The notes below the pieces were generated by a model. It was not told where the DNA came from. It worked only from the letters and a program-made list of their open reading frames with translations, and searched no databases. Position numbers and translations under genes: made by a program. This document shows, in pieces, positions 12,940-26,926 of a stretch of DNA of 64,000 bases (its first letter is position 1; every line of letters starts with the position of its first letter). The DNA is from Octopus sinensis (Eukaryota), in NCBI RefSeq assembly GCF_006345805.1, contig NW_021825710.1, forward strand, positions 62,001 to 126,000, in the 5' to 3' direction.

Positions 12940-14588
12940 AGGGACAATCTTCATTATCACAATCACAGTGAGGGGTGAAGAAGTTCTTTGCTGTTTATGA
13001 AGCATCATATCTTTGTGTAGCTCAGTATAGGAACTGGGCTCATTGTAAACTCCTCTTGTAATTTTTATGTTACGTTCACAATTAGTTTAAGAACAAAAAC
13101 CTACAGAGCTTTCCCTGCAAGTGCCAATCCTTTAGCAAAAATTTTTGTTGTCAATTTGAGTGGTGTAGGTGGAATTTCTGTTGTCTCATCTGTATTCTCA
13201 GCTTGTTCTTTTTCTAATAGCATCAGCTTCTTGTTAGATAAACTTACTCTCTGGGGCACAAGCAACTCAATCATATCATCCTTTCTGACTTCTAATCCTA
13301 CATCCTTCGCAAGTGTCACATCATCTTTTAGAATTTGATGTGGTATTTCTGCATGAGGAACACTTGTAATGTCATAGATACAGTCTTGCCACATACTTTT
13401 CCAAGCACTATTCAAAGTTAAAGGTTCCACTTCATTGCATGACTCATCTATACTATCCACAGCATCCAATATCTTGAATTTCTTCCAGAAATCACTATCG
13501 GTAGATTTATCCTTCTTGTCAATTGCTTTCATAAGTTGTTTGAGAGTTCTCATATAATATGCCTTGAAGCTAACTATCACACCTTGATCCATTGGCTGTA
13601 ACAAAGTAGTTGTATTTTGGGAGATATATTCTACTCTCACATTATTAGAAAGGTCATCTAAGTCCGCTGGGTGTCTCGGTGCTGGATGTCTAAAAGAAGC
13701 AATGCTTTGTTGAAAATATATTTGACACCGTACTTTTCGACGGCAGGACGAAAAACATTCTTTAAAAAAGCTCTCAGTCATCCTGGCTTTCTTATTTGAA
13801 CAGCAAATCAGAGGTGGATTAAACATTGTGTAACCCTTAAAAGCGTTTGAATGTTCGGAGTGATACACAAGTAGGAATTTTAACTTCACATGAGCAGTGA
13901 CATTTTCTCAAAAAAAAAAAAGTGTCAGACAAATTTTAGACCCCTTTAAATCCTGGTGTTGATTTTTCTTCTGGAGAAATTAAAGCTCTAGCAGCCATGC
14001 ACTTCCAGAAAAGTGGTTTCATCAACATTGTGTGCTTAACCTGGTGTGTATCTCCTTTCAAAACTTTTTTTCTTCAATTGCTCAGGATAACCAGTAGTAA
14101 CCTCTGCATCAGCACGCGCAGTTTCATCAATCATTTGTACGTTGTGCAAATCCATGCACTTCTCAAATCGTTCAAACCATGCTTTTACTCGCGAAAAAGG
14201 TTTTTTCATCAGAAGTTTCACCTTTTTTTAATTACAAATCGTCATATAAAGTATTCGGATTTTCTTTCTTCTTTTTTTTTTTAATTACCATTGTGTCTAT
14301 CGCCACATTACACCGATTCTGATCCTCGATCCACACACTCAAAAGTCATTCCAGTTTAAACATTACATTTCATGTATGGAAAAATAAGTTTCCAGCTGTT
14401 AACGGAGTAGCTTCAGCAGCATTTGACATAATTTTCTGTTGTTGCGTATTGTTCCAACTGTTTTAATGTTTTGGCGATATAACTTAGTTATTCTTCTGCG
14501 TCAAGCCTTTTGAAAACATCAAGTTTAATATCTAGTAAGATCCCTTTACGGTTCCTTCAGTTCTATTTGATAGCTTCTTTCCAACCAT
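12940..14588 (-). pseudogene. pogo/Tigger-family transposase pseudogene (TIGD1-like)
   Basis: CENP-B-type HTH (KAWFERFEK, DETARAD), NVDET, KLKFLLVYHSEH, SNKKARMT, NTTTLLQPMDQGVIVSFKAYY; several frameshifts and stops. Confidence 0.88.
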
Positions 14589-15147
14589 CTTAACTTGAAG
14601 GTAAATCCAAATGTGTATCAAAAAAATTGTCCTAGGAAAGATGTGTTTTGTGAGAGCGGGAAATTGTCTTATTCTTATGGATGTAATAATGAAAATAAAA
14701 TGGAAGTGTGAAGGACTAAATAAGAGAAAGTACTATAATTTTACAGTTAGCTGGAGGGTCACCATATTTTATAGGTGTTTTCCTCCCTTACACTTCAGAC
14801 TTACATGCACATACGTATTGATTTAGATGTTAGTGATGGTGGACGGTTATTGTTGGAGTTGTAGTGGTCATATTATTCTTGCTAATTATATTGTTGTGGT
14901 TGTTTAGTATGAAGTTGATCCTCAAAGATCAAAGATATTTCATTCCACTTTAAAAAACTCCAGGATACTACATTACGTGGTTTTATTTGAAATGAATTTG
15001 CTTGTTTTCTCTATACTATATGAATACTGTTGCACTTGGTGGTTGTGTTGGTATTGATGATAGAAACACACACGCACATACATACACACATACATACATA
15101 CATACACGCATACATATATATATACATATATATACATATATATATAC

Positions 15148-15196
<49 letters not shown>

Positions 15197-15220
15197 TATA
15201 TATACATATATATATATTAT

Positions 15221-15507
15221 ATATACATGTGTATATGTATGTGAATGTATGAGTGTAACGTGATGGTAAATCGTTAACCATATGGTTTGATTTTAACTAA
15301 AATGCAAGTGGTCATTGAGCTAAGAAGAAAGTGTAGTTTTAAGTTGTTAACTATTTAAAACTACGCAATCAAAGCTTCCGTAAGATCGGAATTACAGACC
15401 GTATCGCAAAAATTGGTCATACTTTACAATTTCCGTAAGCGCGAAATACCGTAACCACAGGTAGCTGTACGCAGGGGATGCTTGTGTGTGTATATATATA
15501 TATAATA

Positions 15508-15550
<43 letters not shown>

Positions 15551-15821
15551 ATAATATTATATATACATGTGTAATGTATGTGAATGTATGAGTGTAACGT
15601 GATGGTAAATCGTTAACCATATGGTTTGATTTTAACTAAAATGCAAGTGGTCATTGAGCTAAGAAGAAAGTGTAGTTTTAAGTTGTTAACTATTTAAAAC
15701 TACGCAATCAAAGCTTCCGTAAGATCGGAATTACAGACCGTATCGCAAAAATTGGTCATACTTTACAATTTCCGTAAGCGCGAAATACCGTAACCACAGG
15801 TAGCTGTACGCAGGGGATGCT

Positions 15822-15830
<9 letters not shown>
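15221..15830. repeat. Near-perfect direct tandem duplication (~340-bp period) bounded by (TA)n
   Basis: 15221-15490 matches 15561-15829 apart from a 1-nt indel; contains a pogo-like right end also seen at ~32530-32732. Confidence 0.9.
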
Positions 15831-15881
<51 letters not shown>

Positions 15882-15885
<4 letters not shown>

Positions 15886-16185
15886 TGGCGACTCCGCCAT
15901 AGTTCAAGTTGTGTTTTGCAAGGTTGCCTTATTTTTACCATTAACTGAGAAATGGAGAAAGACATAGTGCTAGATATAAAAAAATAAGCCATTTGGGGCC
16001 AGAAATATTGCGGGAAAACGTGAGGCATTCTTTCGTTAGAAGCAACAAACTTGCTTAGTGTTAAATTATCCGTGAATATGTCAGTCTTCGGTGTGCATTA
16101 CGTTTCTTATCTTCTTTCAAACATGTGTCTTATGCGTAATCTGTGATGAGCTCGAATGACGCTGATGACCCGGAGTCGCCTCTGA
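15882..16185. mobile_element. TA-flanked MITE (~304 bp)
   Basis: TIRs TCACTGGCGACTCCG / CGGAGTCGCCTCTGA (13/15 match), inserted in (TA)n. Confidence 0.65.
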
Positions 16186-16464
16186 TATATATATATATAC
16201 ACCTTTTGGAGAGATAAGTAAACATTTTTATTTAAGAAATATTAATGTACTCTATATAAGTATTGATTGTTAATTATGAATTTCTAATTTTTTTTGTTAA
16301 TGATAATTTAGATACGTACATTTATTTAATAATCATTATTTTATAATTATTATATCTGAACGTAAATTGTAAAATATCAGTTTGTCACTTTGTGATTTAG
16401 ATTGTAAAAATGTTTTAGTATAACTAAAAGTTCTATTTCTAGCACTATTTCTAGTACTATTAAT

Positions 16465-16530
<66 letters not shown>

Positions 16531-16532
<2 letters not shown>

Positions 16533-17918
16533 CAGCTGGAACCACTACTAAAGGCAGTTCATGGATTTACCAAAGAAATAGATATGAAATTTGGATTAGA
16601 AAAATGCGCCAAAGTAACTCTGAAAAGAGGAAAACTAGTTAAGAGTAGCAACATCATACTAGATAAAGCCAATGAAATAAGAGAATTAGACCAAAGCCAA
16701 ACTTACAAATATTTAACTTACAATGTTAGATTTATAAACTTACAAATCTAACATAGAAAGGCTATATATACAACGTATAGAAGATGGTAGAGGTCTTATA
16801 AAGCTGGAAAATTACTATAAAATAACCACCACAGGACTGGAAAAATACCTACTTCAGAAGCAAGGAAAACTGATACAAATAGCGGCAAAACACGAGCAAA
16901 ACAAACAGTTGTTCTCAGTATTTAAGAAAGCTGACAAATACAAACAAGAAATCATACTATCTAACAAATATGAAGAAGAAGAAAAAGAAGAAGAAAACAC
17001 AACAAAAGCTATAAAGCAAATGAAATCAAAACTAAAACTAGAACAGCAACGGATCATGATAAAACGATGGGAAGAAAAGCCTCTTCATGGCAAGTACTGG
17101 ACTAAATTAAATGCAAAAGAAATAGAGAAAGAAAAATCCCAGCAATGGTTGAGAAGCTCAGGACTCAAAGCAGAGACAGAGGGATTTTTAATTGCAGCAC
17201 AAGACCAAAGCCTCCCCACCAGAAATTACCAAAAACATGTAATGAAAAGAAATATAACAAGTAACTGTGGAGATGGACAAGAAACAATAAATCATATTAT
17301 CTCTGACTGCCCAGTCCTGGCTAAGAAGGAATATATTCACAGACATGACAGAGTTGGGACCTACATACACTGGAAGCTATGCCAACATTATGGAATAACA
17401 ACAGAAAAAAGATGGTATAGGCACACACCAGAAAATGTCACAGAAAATGAAAAAGCAACCATACTCTGAGATATGCCAATACACACAGATAGAGAAATTA
17501 AGGCCAATAGACCAGATATAGTTGCCAGAGATCATGAAGAAAAAAAATGCTTTCTAATTGATGTATCAATACCAGCAGATGACAACGTGTCTCTAAAATA
17601 AATGGAGAAACTTTCAAAATACAAAGACCTGGAAATAGAGGTAACTAGAATGTGGAATCTAAAAACAGAAACAATTCCTATAGGTGCATTAGGCATGATA
17701 AAAAAATATTCAGACAAATACATAACAAAAACACCAGGACTTACAAACACATATAACATACAGAAAATTGCACTACTAGGCACTGCACACATCCTACGCA
17801 GAACACTTTCAATACAGTAACCATCAGAGCATCACAACAAATCACAGCACATACCCAAGGCACACAGAGCTGCGCTCGGTAGTGAAGTGAAAGCACGTTA
17901 TAAAAATAAAACTACTGA
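16531..17918 (+). mobile_element. 5'-truncated R4/Dong-like LINE (RT end + CCHC + restriction-like endonuclease)
   Basis: MKFGLEKCAK, GRGL, LHGKY, ETEGFLIAAQDQSL, INHIISDCPVLA..Y..RHDRV, RPDI, IDVSIP.D, EKLSKYKDL, IGALG; upstream (AAT)n 16466-16530, downstream (GAT/GAC)n 17919-18030. Confidence 0.9.
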
Positions 17919-17952
<34 letters not shown>

Positions 17953-17967
17953 CGACGATGACGATGA

Positions 17968-18006
<39 letters not shown>

Positions 18007-18623
18007 TGATGATGATGATGATGGTGATGAGTACTTTTTTCGCAAATAATTTTATAAACGATAAGTTATGCGTTTTTACTTTAGAATTTTTTCATCTATT
18101 TTTTATTTCATAAATATTTTCGGAATGATATCTATAATATATTTAAGTAATAATGGAGTAATTTATTTATTTATTTATTTATATGTTTATTGATTGAAAA
18201 AATATGGATTTTTAATTACTATATTTGTTGATTTATTTTAGATACGTACTTTTATATGTTTTTTATTATTTTATAATTATTATATTTGAACAAAAATCTA
18301 AAAATAGTAAGAGTTATTGCTTTGTAAAATAGTTTGGTAATTAAATATTAGAGTATAGCTAGGTTAAAGATATTCCATAATTTATTAATGTTTTTAATTA
18401 AGCTCCATTATATCTTCACAGATAAACACTTTTTCTATCTATTTACTGTATTTTTTACCTTAAATATTTAACATGATAAATGTAGGCAACTGGTCCTAAT
18501 GTTTTAAGCTTCAAATTTAGTTAACGTAGTTTCTTCTATAAGAAAAATTATGATTTTATTTCTTTACGAAATATTGTTTAATTCTATTTGCTTATTTATT
18601 CAACTATTATTGTTATCATTGTT

Positions 18624-18724
18624 AACTTGAAGAGTGACTATAATTTTAAATTTAATTGTTTTCGATTAAATTTAAATTTAATTGTAATTCGAATTTAAAT
18701 TATGGCCATGAAACGTACGTAGTT
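18624..18724 (+). ncRNA. Type I hammerhead-like motif with long stem II (C3U variant), probably from a decayed PLE terminus
   Basis: AAC-TTGAAGA-GTGACTATAAT...ATTATGGCCAT-GAAA-CGTACGT-A-GTT; 11-bp stem II with 1 mismatch, ACGTACGT palindrome. Confidence 0.55.
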
Positions 18725-18949
18725 TTTTACTTATTATACATTGTTTATTCATTTTTGTGCTTTTTGTAATCTAGTTATATGTTTTTAAAAAATATATTTT
18801 ATTTTCTATTTATGATTTGGTTTACGTCTATCATTGTTTGAATTGCATAATAGTGGTTTTTCTCTAATTTATATATTATATATTTATATTGTGAAATTTG
18901 TTTTAATACTAAATTGAACTTTTCCCTGTAAGTTTGGAGCTATACTCCC

Positions 18950-19006
<57 letters not shown>

Positions 19007-19379
19007 TTGCTATAATGCAAAAGTGTCGCAAGTCCAAAACGTGGCTTTTTCAGAAAACGAAAAAGTAGTTTCACCATTCCATTTATTTTTACATTAGCAA
19101 CAGTTTCAGCTTAACAATAATACTTTTTGAGGTGCATAAAATCGTAACTCCATGCATGCATGATATTTTCAGTCAGAAATATTTTTGCACAACACTTACT
19201 ACACTTTTGAGAAATGCTAAACCATTGTACCTCATTTTGACAATTTTCATCTGAAGCGGCTGGAGATACGATAATTTGACCAAAAAACTGGGTTAAATTA
19301 TCAAAGTAAGCAAAATTAAATATTACTAAAAACGTATTTGGCCAAATTTGGACATACAACAGTTTAACATAATAGTACG

Positions 19380-19431
<52 letters not shown>

Positions 19432-20507
19432 TGTGTGTGTGAATTGTTTACATTACAAGGAATATGACAATCAAGTCTCGGTAAAGCTGTTATTAAATCC
19501 TCTGAACCAACTTGACTCTTGCACGTCATAGGTTCAAGTGAATTATGAACGAAGTTATATATACCTGTAAAATTTCGCACGAAATTAATAAAACTGACAA
19601 GCTATTGCGTCAAATCATCATCAACAGTAGTTGCATTATGATTAACAATGAGGCAACGACGGGGCTTCTACGTAGTCGCTAGACGTCTGGAAATAACCAT
19701 CAAATAACCTTCAAATTGCACACGGCTAAAGGAAATGCGTGCATTTGATAAAGTAACACCGAATGCACACTATCCCAAAAAACGATTAGAAAGTAACGAC
19801 TTGGATGTTTTTGATTATAGATTTGTTCAATGAAGACAGACCGGGGACTAAACAACGACATTGTGGTTAAAAACAATCATACCACTAAGTAAAACATCGA
19901 ATGCAAACAAAAAGAGGAAGAGAAATGTATTTTGTATTTTGGTTTTTTTTTTTATTCATTTCAGAAAATTAGCGCAAGTGTGTCCGAGATGAGCTGGGTG
20001 TCAAAACTCAGGAGTGATTTTAAGACATACCTACCCCGTAACAGATTTGGCTTCCTTTGAAAACATGAATCAATCTCTCAATCTGACTGCGTTTACAGAC
20101 TTGTAAATAAATTATGGATTACGTTCAGAATCACAAGTATTCAAATTTAACACCATAACAACGGTTATTTTTCTTTTTATAAAACAACTACGTTGCATTG
20201 ACGGTAATCATCTCGGCTGAGATCAGCGATTAGCACACTACAATGGTTCGACGTATATTTACATCAACCGCTTTAACCAGTTTACGGTGGTGATTCATTC
20301 GGTTGCCTGCGCGCGGCAACGGTAATCGCGCTGATTGAGGTCAGCACTCACTGCGAGATAAAGTTTGGCGTCAATCGCTTTAATGCAAGTACTGTTTATT
20401 TATCTAAACTATATCCCTGTACAGGACGCTCATGCGGTATTATTCCTGAACAAGATCACTCGACAGCACAAGTCAGATCAACTTCGTGTATTTACAATCA
20501 CGTGAAT

Positions 20508-22215
20508 TCAAAAATTGACTTTAGTGTGGTAGAGTTCAAAACAGGGTACCACGCACAGTGGCATATTACACTGTGGACAGTGGGATCTACTTGCCTTACG
20601 TTTCTCTTTTGCTTCATATACTGTGCATCCCTTTGAAGCATTTGTCTTCTTGGCAGTGGGGGAAAACAGTCGTGGAAAATGTCCACGTCCCTTCACTATG
20701 CGGCGAGGAGAGAGTCTGGCGTGGAAATGTCCACGTGTTCTATATTTTGGCAGGTCTGATGCTTCTATCATTTCACGGAACAATAGATTCCTGAATGTCA
20801 AGCCATCCGTCACACTGCCAAGCATCTGCCAAATCAAATGTAAGTTCACGATATATATGTCAACAATATACAAGAAAATTTTTTGTACCATTTCACACAT
20901 TTTCTCACCGATATGTGTGTCGTCGTCAGCTGATTTGAGCGATCGACCCTGCCCATCCCTTCATTGTGTGCATCCTCACAGTCCCACAGGTATTAGTCCT
21001 TCTCACCTCCTGCAGCAGGAAGAGATCTGGACTGGAAAACCAGTTGTCCATATGAATATTTTAGCCTTTGTCAAACAAGTTTTCATTCAGCGAGAACACG
21101 ACATCAGTTGATGCTAGAGTAGACGCTGAAAGATCCGATCTGCCCTGACCAGTATAGATTTTTGTAATTCCACGTGTACCCATAGGCTCTGCTAGTTGAC
21201 TGGCATACTTTATAAACCTTGACTCCAAAGCGGGTACGTTTTGTCGAGTTATATTGTTTGAATCGGAGCCTTCCCTTGAATTTCCACAAACTCTCGTCCA
21301 TACAAATAACCTGTGTGGGGACATAGACCGTTCTGAAATTTTCAGCCACTTCGTCAAAGAAAGGATGTGACATCCTGGTTGAAATGTAAATTTCAAAGAA
21401 ACACCAAAAACCGATCACGTGACAAGAATGGTGTCGACGTGGCTGGATCCTGATTTCAATATAACTCCAGGGTCGGTTTCTTCATGATGCCCATCAGTAC
21501 CAGCAGAGCAAGCAGGACTTTTATTGTGTCCCCTGTAGTTGGAAACTAAACACCGCCATGCCCGAGTCTGATGCCGGGGAAAGTTTTCAGCAGAGTCATT
21601 CGTTTCGTCCGCTATTTATTGGAACATTTCATCCGTCAAAAATTCGTGGAAGATTTCCAATGGCGAACTTCCATGTTCAAGGTTTGCCTTTATGCCAGAC
21701 ATGCCAGTAAACCCATGCCAGCAGACGAAATTGTCTCTCACTCGCCACACATTATGTTGTCCAGGGTCATTCACTGCTATCCGCCTGTACTTTTGATTCA
21801 CCGGAATATCATCATCGCTATCAGAATCATCTGATTCTGAACTAGGAAAATACTCACTCTCCGCGTCATCGTCCGAACCGGAAGAAACAACTGGTGAGGT
21901 GGTGGAGCTTGGTGGAGCTTGGCGCGACTACCGTTAATTCGACGAAACAGGACGCGACGACGAAGTTGACGGAGCCGGACTGCTAGGACGCAACGACTGT
22001 AAATTTGATGAAAGAGGACGCGATGACGAAGTTGAAAGAGCCGGAGTGGCAGGACCAACCTATCGAGTTAATTACATGACACATTTAATCAGTTGGCAGG
22101 TGGACTGGTACTAATTCAAGCGACATGTTCTAAGTCAGACGGCGTATAATTACGTCGACCGATTTAAAGTATTTACATTGCGTGCGTAAATTTACGTCAA
22201 CCTTTTTAAAAGGGT
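20508..22215 (-). mobile_element. piggyBac element remnant with PGBD4-like transposase pseudogene
   Basis: SPLEIFHEFLTDEMF, ICMDESLWKFKGRLRFKQY..KRTRFGVKVYKVC, C-terminal cysteine-rich domain CPQCNMPLCVVPCFELYHT; one end reads (G)TAA-CCCTTTT on the minus strand at ~22215; the other end is unclear. Confidence 0.88.
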
Positions 22216-24858
22216 TACGTCTAAGTTATGGGTTCATGCTTTTTTCGTTAAGACCAGTTTACTTTTTGCGTGCTTCAACCCGTAAGCTGCGGTCATACTG
22301 GGGCACCACCATTGGTGCTGAGACACTTTTACTGATCCTCCTTCTTTAGTTAACTAGGGAGTTCGAAATTGTTGCCCTCATTTGAGTTTCTTTATGTAAA
22401 GTAGATTCATCATTCTAGAGAGTAGAAAGTTTGTTGTGTTTGAAAGCATCTATATCCACATCATGCAGGTCTTTTAAATCTGTTGGTTGTGCACCTTTAA
22501 ACTCTAAGCTATTGCAGCGTATTGTCCTAAATCTGAATAGCGAGGTTGGGATGGATATTTGGTACTATGAAGTGGCACCCAGGTCGGGGATTCGCACTGC
22601 CTTCAACGCCAAAGTTTGGTGCAAGGTTTTCCAGGATCTTCTAGCTATATATTACTACATATCTTTCCTGTCTTCGCTCTAGGAAGTAGAGTTTTAACTT
22701 TTTAAGCCTTTCCCAGTTGACCTTTTACAATGAGGCGACTTATTATGTGTAGCAGCATTAAATTGCTTCCAGTTCAGTCATTAATTTTGCATTATGTAGA
22801 GACCATAACTGGGAGCAATAATCTAGATGGCTATGGGCAAATGTCTTCCTGAGGACCATCATGATTTCTTGCCCTTTTGTTCTGAACGTTCTTAAAATCT
22901 ATCCGGCCAGCCGCCGAGCTGAGAAAATTGTTTGAAGAAAAATAAGGTGTATCAATGAAAATTGAGAAAAAGAGAAAAGCCTGTCACTGTTGAAAAACTT
23001 CATGGAGGTGAGCAAGTATAAAATCATAGATACATGAGCAAAAGATTACAGATGCAAAGAGACAAAACTGCATTAAAAAAAGACTATCGGGAAAAAAAGC
23101 TGCCGAAAGACAGAAACATTGGAATAGTTCAGACAGGTCTGTAAAAAGACATGGCTGCCAGATCTAGGAATCTGAACTATAGTCGAACTAGGATAGAAAA
23201 ATGCAAAGGCTGGAAATACTGAGACGGAGTTTGAAGAACTAGAAGTAAAGTTCAGACAAGCTCACTAGAATTAGAGTATGCTAAGATTCAAGATCCCTGA
23301 CTTACATGATATTGAGGAATATATCAATGAAAAATCCAAAACGTACGTGTCATTATACTCAAAAATCAATTTTCTGCAGAACAGCTTCAGACACCACCAA
23401 TATTTCAGGAATTTCATTGAGATTGTGAAAATAAGAGACAATTAATTAATTTTATTGACACTTAAAAGCATGAAAAGCAGAGTCAATACCGTTGCAGACA
23501 GAATTTGATACAGGAAGTTATTTTCTTAGGATTTATAACGATTCTGCTTTTTATCACGGAAATATCTGAATTCAAAACTGATACAATAAAATGACCACTT
23601 GGTGGAGTAATATTGTTGTGTAATCCCGTAAAAAAATTTCTAGTTTTTTTTGTTTTGTTTTTATTTTTTTTATTCAGCGTGTCTTGTTTAATATACGTAA
23701 AGTGATTTATACATAAACTGATTGTAATGTGTTCCTACTCTCAAGTTATTCAACTATCAAACTTCATAATTAATCTGGGTCAATATCCGATGAAAGATTA
23801 CCTCTATCAGAGGAAATATATGAAGAGCTATTGTATTATCAGACATAAAAATTCAGTGCAGAACTGTTACTCGCAGTTATATTGATTAAGTTTGTGAAAA
23901 AGAGGAAAATGAAGCATATTCTAAAACGTCCATGCATCAATGAGTTTTGCCCGCAATCCATTTTAAAAAGGGTGTTTTTCAGAACTGCTGTTCGTATAGA
24001 GAAAAAAAAGTTAAGTGAATGTGATTTTTCTTCGTTTATTTATAATTTCAAAAGAATAAGTCAATAGCTTGTATTATTTTAATTGAATCATTCAGCGATG
24101 TTCAGGCATAAAATAATCGCTGTCTGACATATTCATAGTAATAAATTGCTTGTAATGTCCATAAATAAATATTTAATGATTGGTGCAATGATAGTTATGA
24201 TACAATAAAAACTCAGTGAAACTGTTTTGAAATGAGAAAACGTAAGTTGATTGCCTTTCTGGAAATATCTGAGAAAAAGTTAACCTTCCAAGGATGCTGC
24301 TATGGTATGGTAACAATAAAAATTCCCTCTTTGCAAGTTTCCTGTGAAAATTGTTACTGGGGCTGCATCAGACACAGATTAAGTAGATAATAACTGAACA
24401 TAACTAACACTCATACAAGCCTGTACGCAGTTGCTCAATCTGTAAGAGATAGCAGCCAAATCTTCTTCATATGTTTCGCAGCATAAGGATACAGTCCAAG
24501 ATATATAATGTATGATAAATAATAACGAAATGGCCACGCTTTAAATGATTTTTTTATAAGTCTGTTATATCCAGAGCTAACGTACAGCTAAACAACAGCA
24601 CAACAACTAATATTTTATCAATCATTCGAGATTTCAGAACTATAACTAATGTCTACACTTCCAACAAAGCTGGCTGCGATTTATAGAGAGAAGATTTGTT
24701 TTTGACGGGAATCAACGTCGGATTCTGTAAAATAGTGTTAGAAATCATGAAGCAATGAAGCTTAAAGAATATTATAACTGGGTGATTAATGTGGAAAGCT
24801 TGTTTCCAACACAACATTGTTGGTACACACACACACACACATACACACACACACACAC

Positions 24859-24916
<58 letters not shown>

Positions 24917-25017
24917 CAAATTTGTTGTTGAAAATGCACCTAAATTTGAAATTTAGATGCATTTTCAACAATGAATTTGCCTATATTTTTCCTGCGTGGA
25001 ATACACCCTCTCTTTTG

Positions 25018-25169
<152 letters not shown>

Positions 25170-25280
25170 GGGGAGAATTCACGAAAAAAACAAAAGACGA
25201 AGACAGGTGGTGTAGATAACAAACAGATGTATTAGTATAACATTCGGGAATTGAAAAAAGTATTTAACGTTTCGAGCCTA
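25170..25280 (-). mobile_element. Truncated PLE terminal repeat (3' half of hammerhead only)
   Basis: Minus strand reads GGCTCGAAACGTTAAATAC...; homologous to 54130-54240; lies in (TA)n next to the Tc1. Confidence 0.6.
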
Positions 25281-25292
25281 TGTATATATATA

Positions 25293-26926
25293 CACTGGCG
25301 AAAATAAATTGAAGACCGATGATAAAAGTTCTATTTCTTACAAAATATTTTGTTACTAACACCATACAAATTATTTTTACCTTTTACACCTTATGCAGAA
25401 TTTATTTCTCTTTCGAATGATGCAGACAAACTTCTTTTATTCCATTTGAAGAATTCTAATGCTAAATTTATATAAGCGTTTCAAATTTACCGGCAAAATT
25501 AGTTTAAGACCATGTAATATGTATGCAAATTTTTGGGCCAAAATGGGGGGTCACACAACTAACCTAACTGTATTATATAGTGTTATAATTTAACGTTATT
25601 ATACAATTGATTAATAATGGAAAAACAACGTAACCTCAGTCCAGTTATGAGAGCAAAACCCGTTTTACTCCACCAACAAAGTTTCCTTTTTGAACATCAG
25701 CAAGCAACTAAAGTGCAGTAAAACGGCTTGCGTGCAAGCGTAGAAGTTATACTCGGAGACTGGTCAATATAAAGATCGGTAAAGGACTGGCGCCTCAAAA
25801 AAAAACGACGGTGCAGTTGGACCGTCGAATCCACCGACTTTCGGAAGGCAACCGAATGCTGATAGCCGTTGACATTTCTAAACAATTATCCAATGAGAAT
25901 GGTGTTATTTTTTCACCACAAACCGTCCACAACCGTTTGAGAGAATTTGGACTACATGGACGAATCGCTAGGAAAAAGCCAATAATATTCAAAAGAAATC
26001 GACTCAAACGCCTTAATTTCGCAAAAAGCCATGCTCAATGGACTGTCGAATATTGGTGCAGGGTCCTTTGGAGAGACGAGTCACGCTTCTATATATTTGG
26101 ATCAGATGGTAAAACATACGTCAGACGTCGCCCAACCGAGGAATTCCATCCAAAATGCGTGAAAAAAACGGCGCAAGCGGGGAGTGGGAGTGTGATGGTG
26201 TGGGTGGCATTTAGTAGCTTTGGTGTTGGCCCTCTAGTTAAAGTTGATGGAAAGCTAAATAGTGTAGGTTATATGAATCTACTAAAGGATAATATTGTGC
26301 CATACTTGACTCACCAAATGCCTCTGGGGGCTATTTATCAGCAGGACAATAGTCCTGTGCACAAAGCTAAAAAGGTTATGGAATTTTTTTTATTACCATA
26401 ATATTGACGTAATCGACTGGCCTCCCCAGAGCCCGGACCTGAATCCGATCGAGAGCTTGAGGAATTATGTTTTCAAAAAAGTCCATGCTAAAAACCATCT
26501 AATCTAAAACAATTATTCGATTATATCAATGAAATATGGCAAAACATTCCCATAGAATTTTGTAATCACTTAGCGAATTCAATGCCGAGGCGTTGTTCAG
26601 CCGTTATTAAGAATAAAGGCTACGGCACAAAGTACTAATATGTATTTCGTTCTTGTTGCTCATTTTTGCTACAGTCTTAAGCTTTAAATAAAATTATTAT
26701 GATAGGTCTTAAACTAATTTTGCCGGTAAATTTGAAACGTTTATATTAATTTAGCATTAGAATTCTTCAAGTTGTATAAAAAATGGTTATTTTCTGCATC
26801 ATTCGAAAGAGAAATAAATTCTGCATAAGGTGTAAAAGATATAAATAATTTGTATGGTATTAGTAACAAAATATTTTGTAAGAAATAGAACTTTTATCAT
26901 CGGTCTTAAATTTATTTTCGCCAGTG
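25293..26926 (+). mobile_element. Full-length Tc1-family DNA transposon (1634 bp) with ~220-bp IR/DR-type TIRs and TA target duplication
   Basis: TA|CACTGGCGAAAATAAATT...GTTTAAGACC (25293-25511) is inverted at 26705-26926 (..TTTATTTTCGCCAGTG|TA). Confidence 0.95.
25617..26638 (+). pseudogene. Tc1 DD34E transposase, frameshifted
   Basis: ARKKP, VLWRDESRF, GSVMVW, QQDNSPVH, WPPQSPDLNPIE, GYGTKY-stop; spacing D-34-E once the frameshift at ~26390 is corrected. Confidence 0.92.

Noticed and set aside
20230-20290. Possible second terminal repeat of the piggyBac element
   Set aside because: Only a partly palindromic GACGTA(A/T)ATTTAC motif matches; no TTAA-CCC end is visible.
22700-23460. Purine-rich stretch resembling a decayed LINE N-terminal region
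   Set aside because: No motif identifiable with confidence; not annotated.
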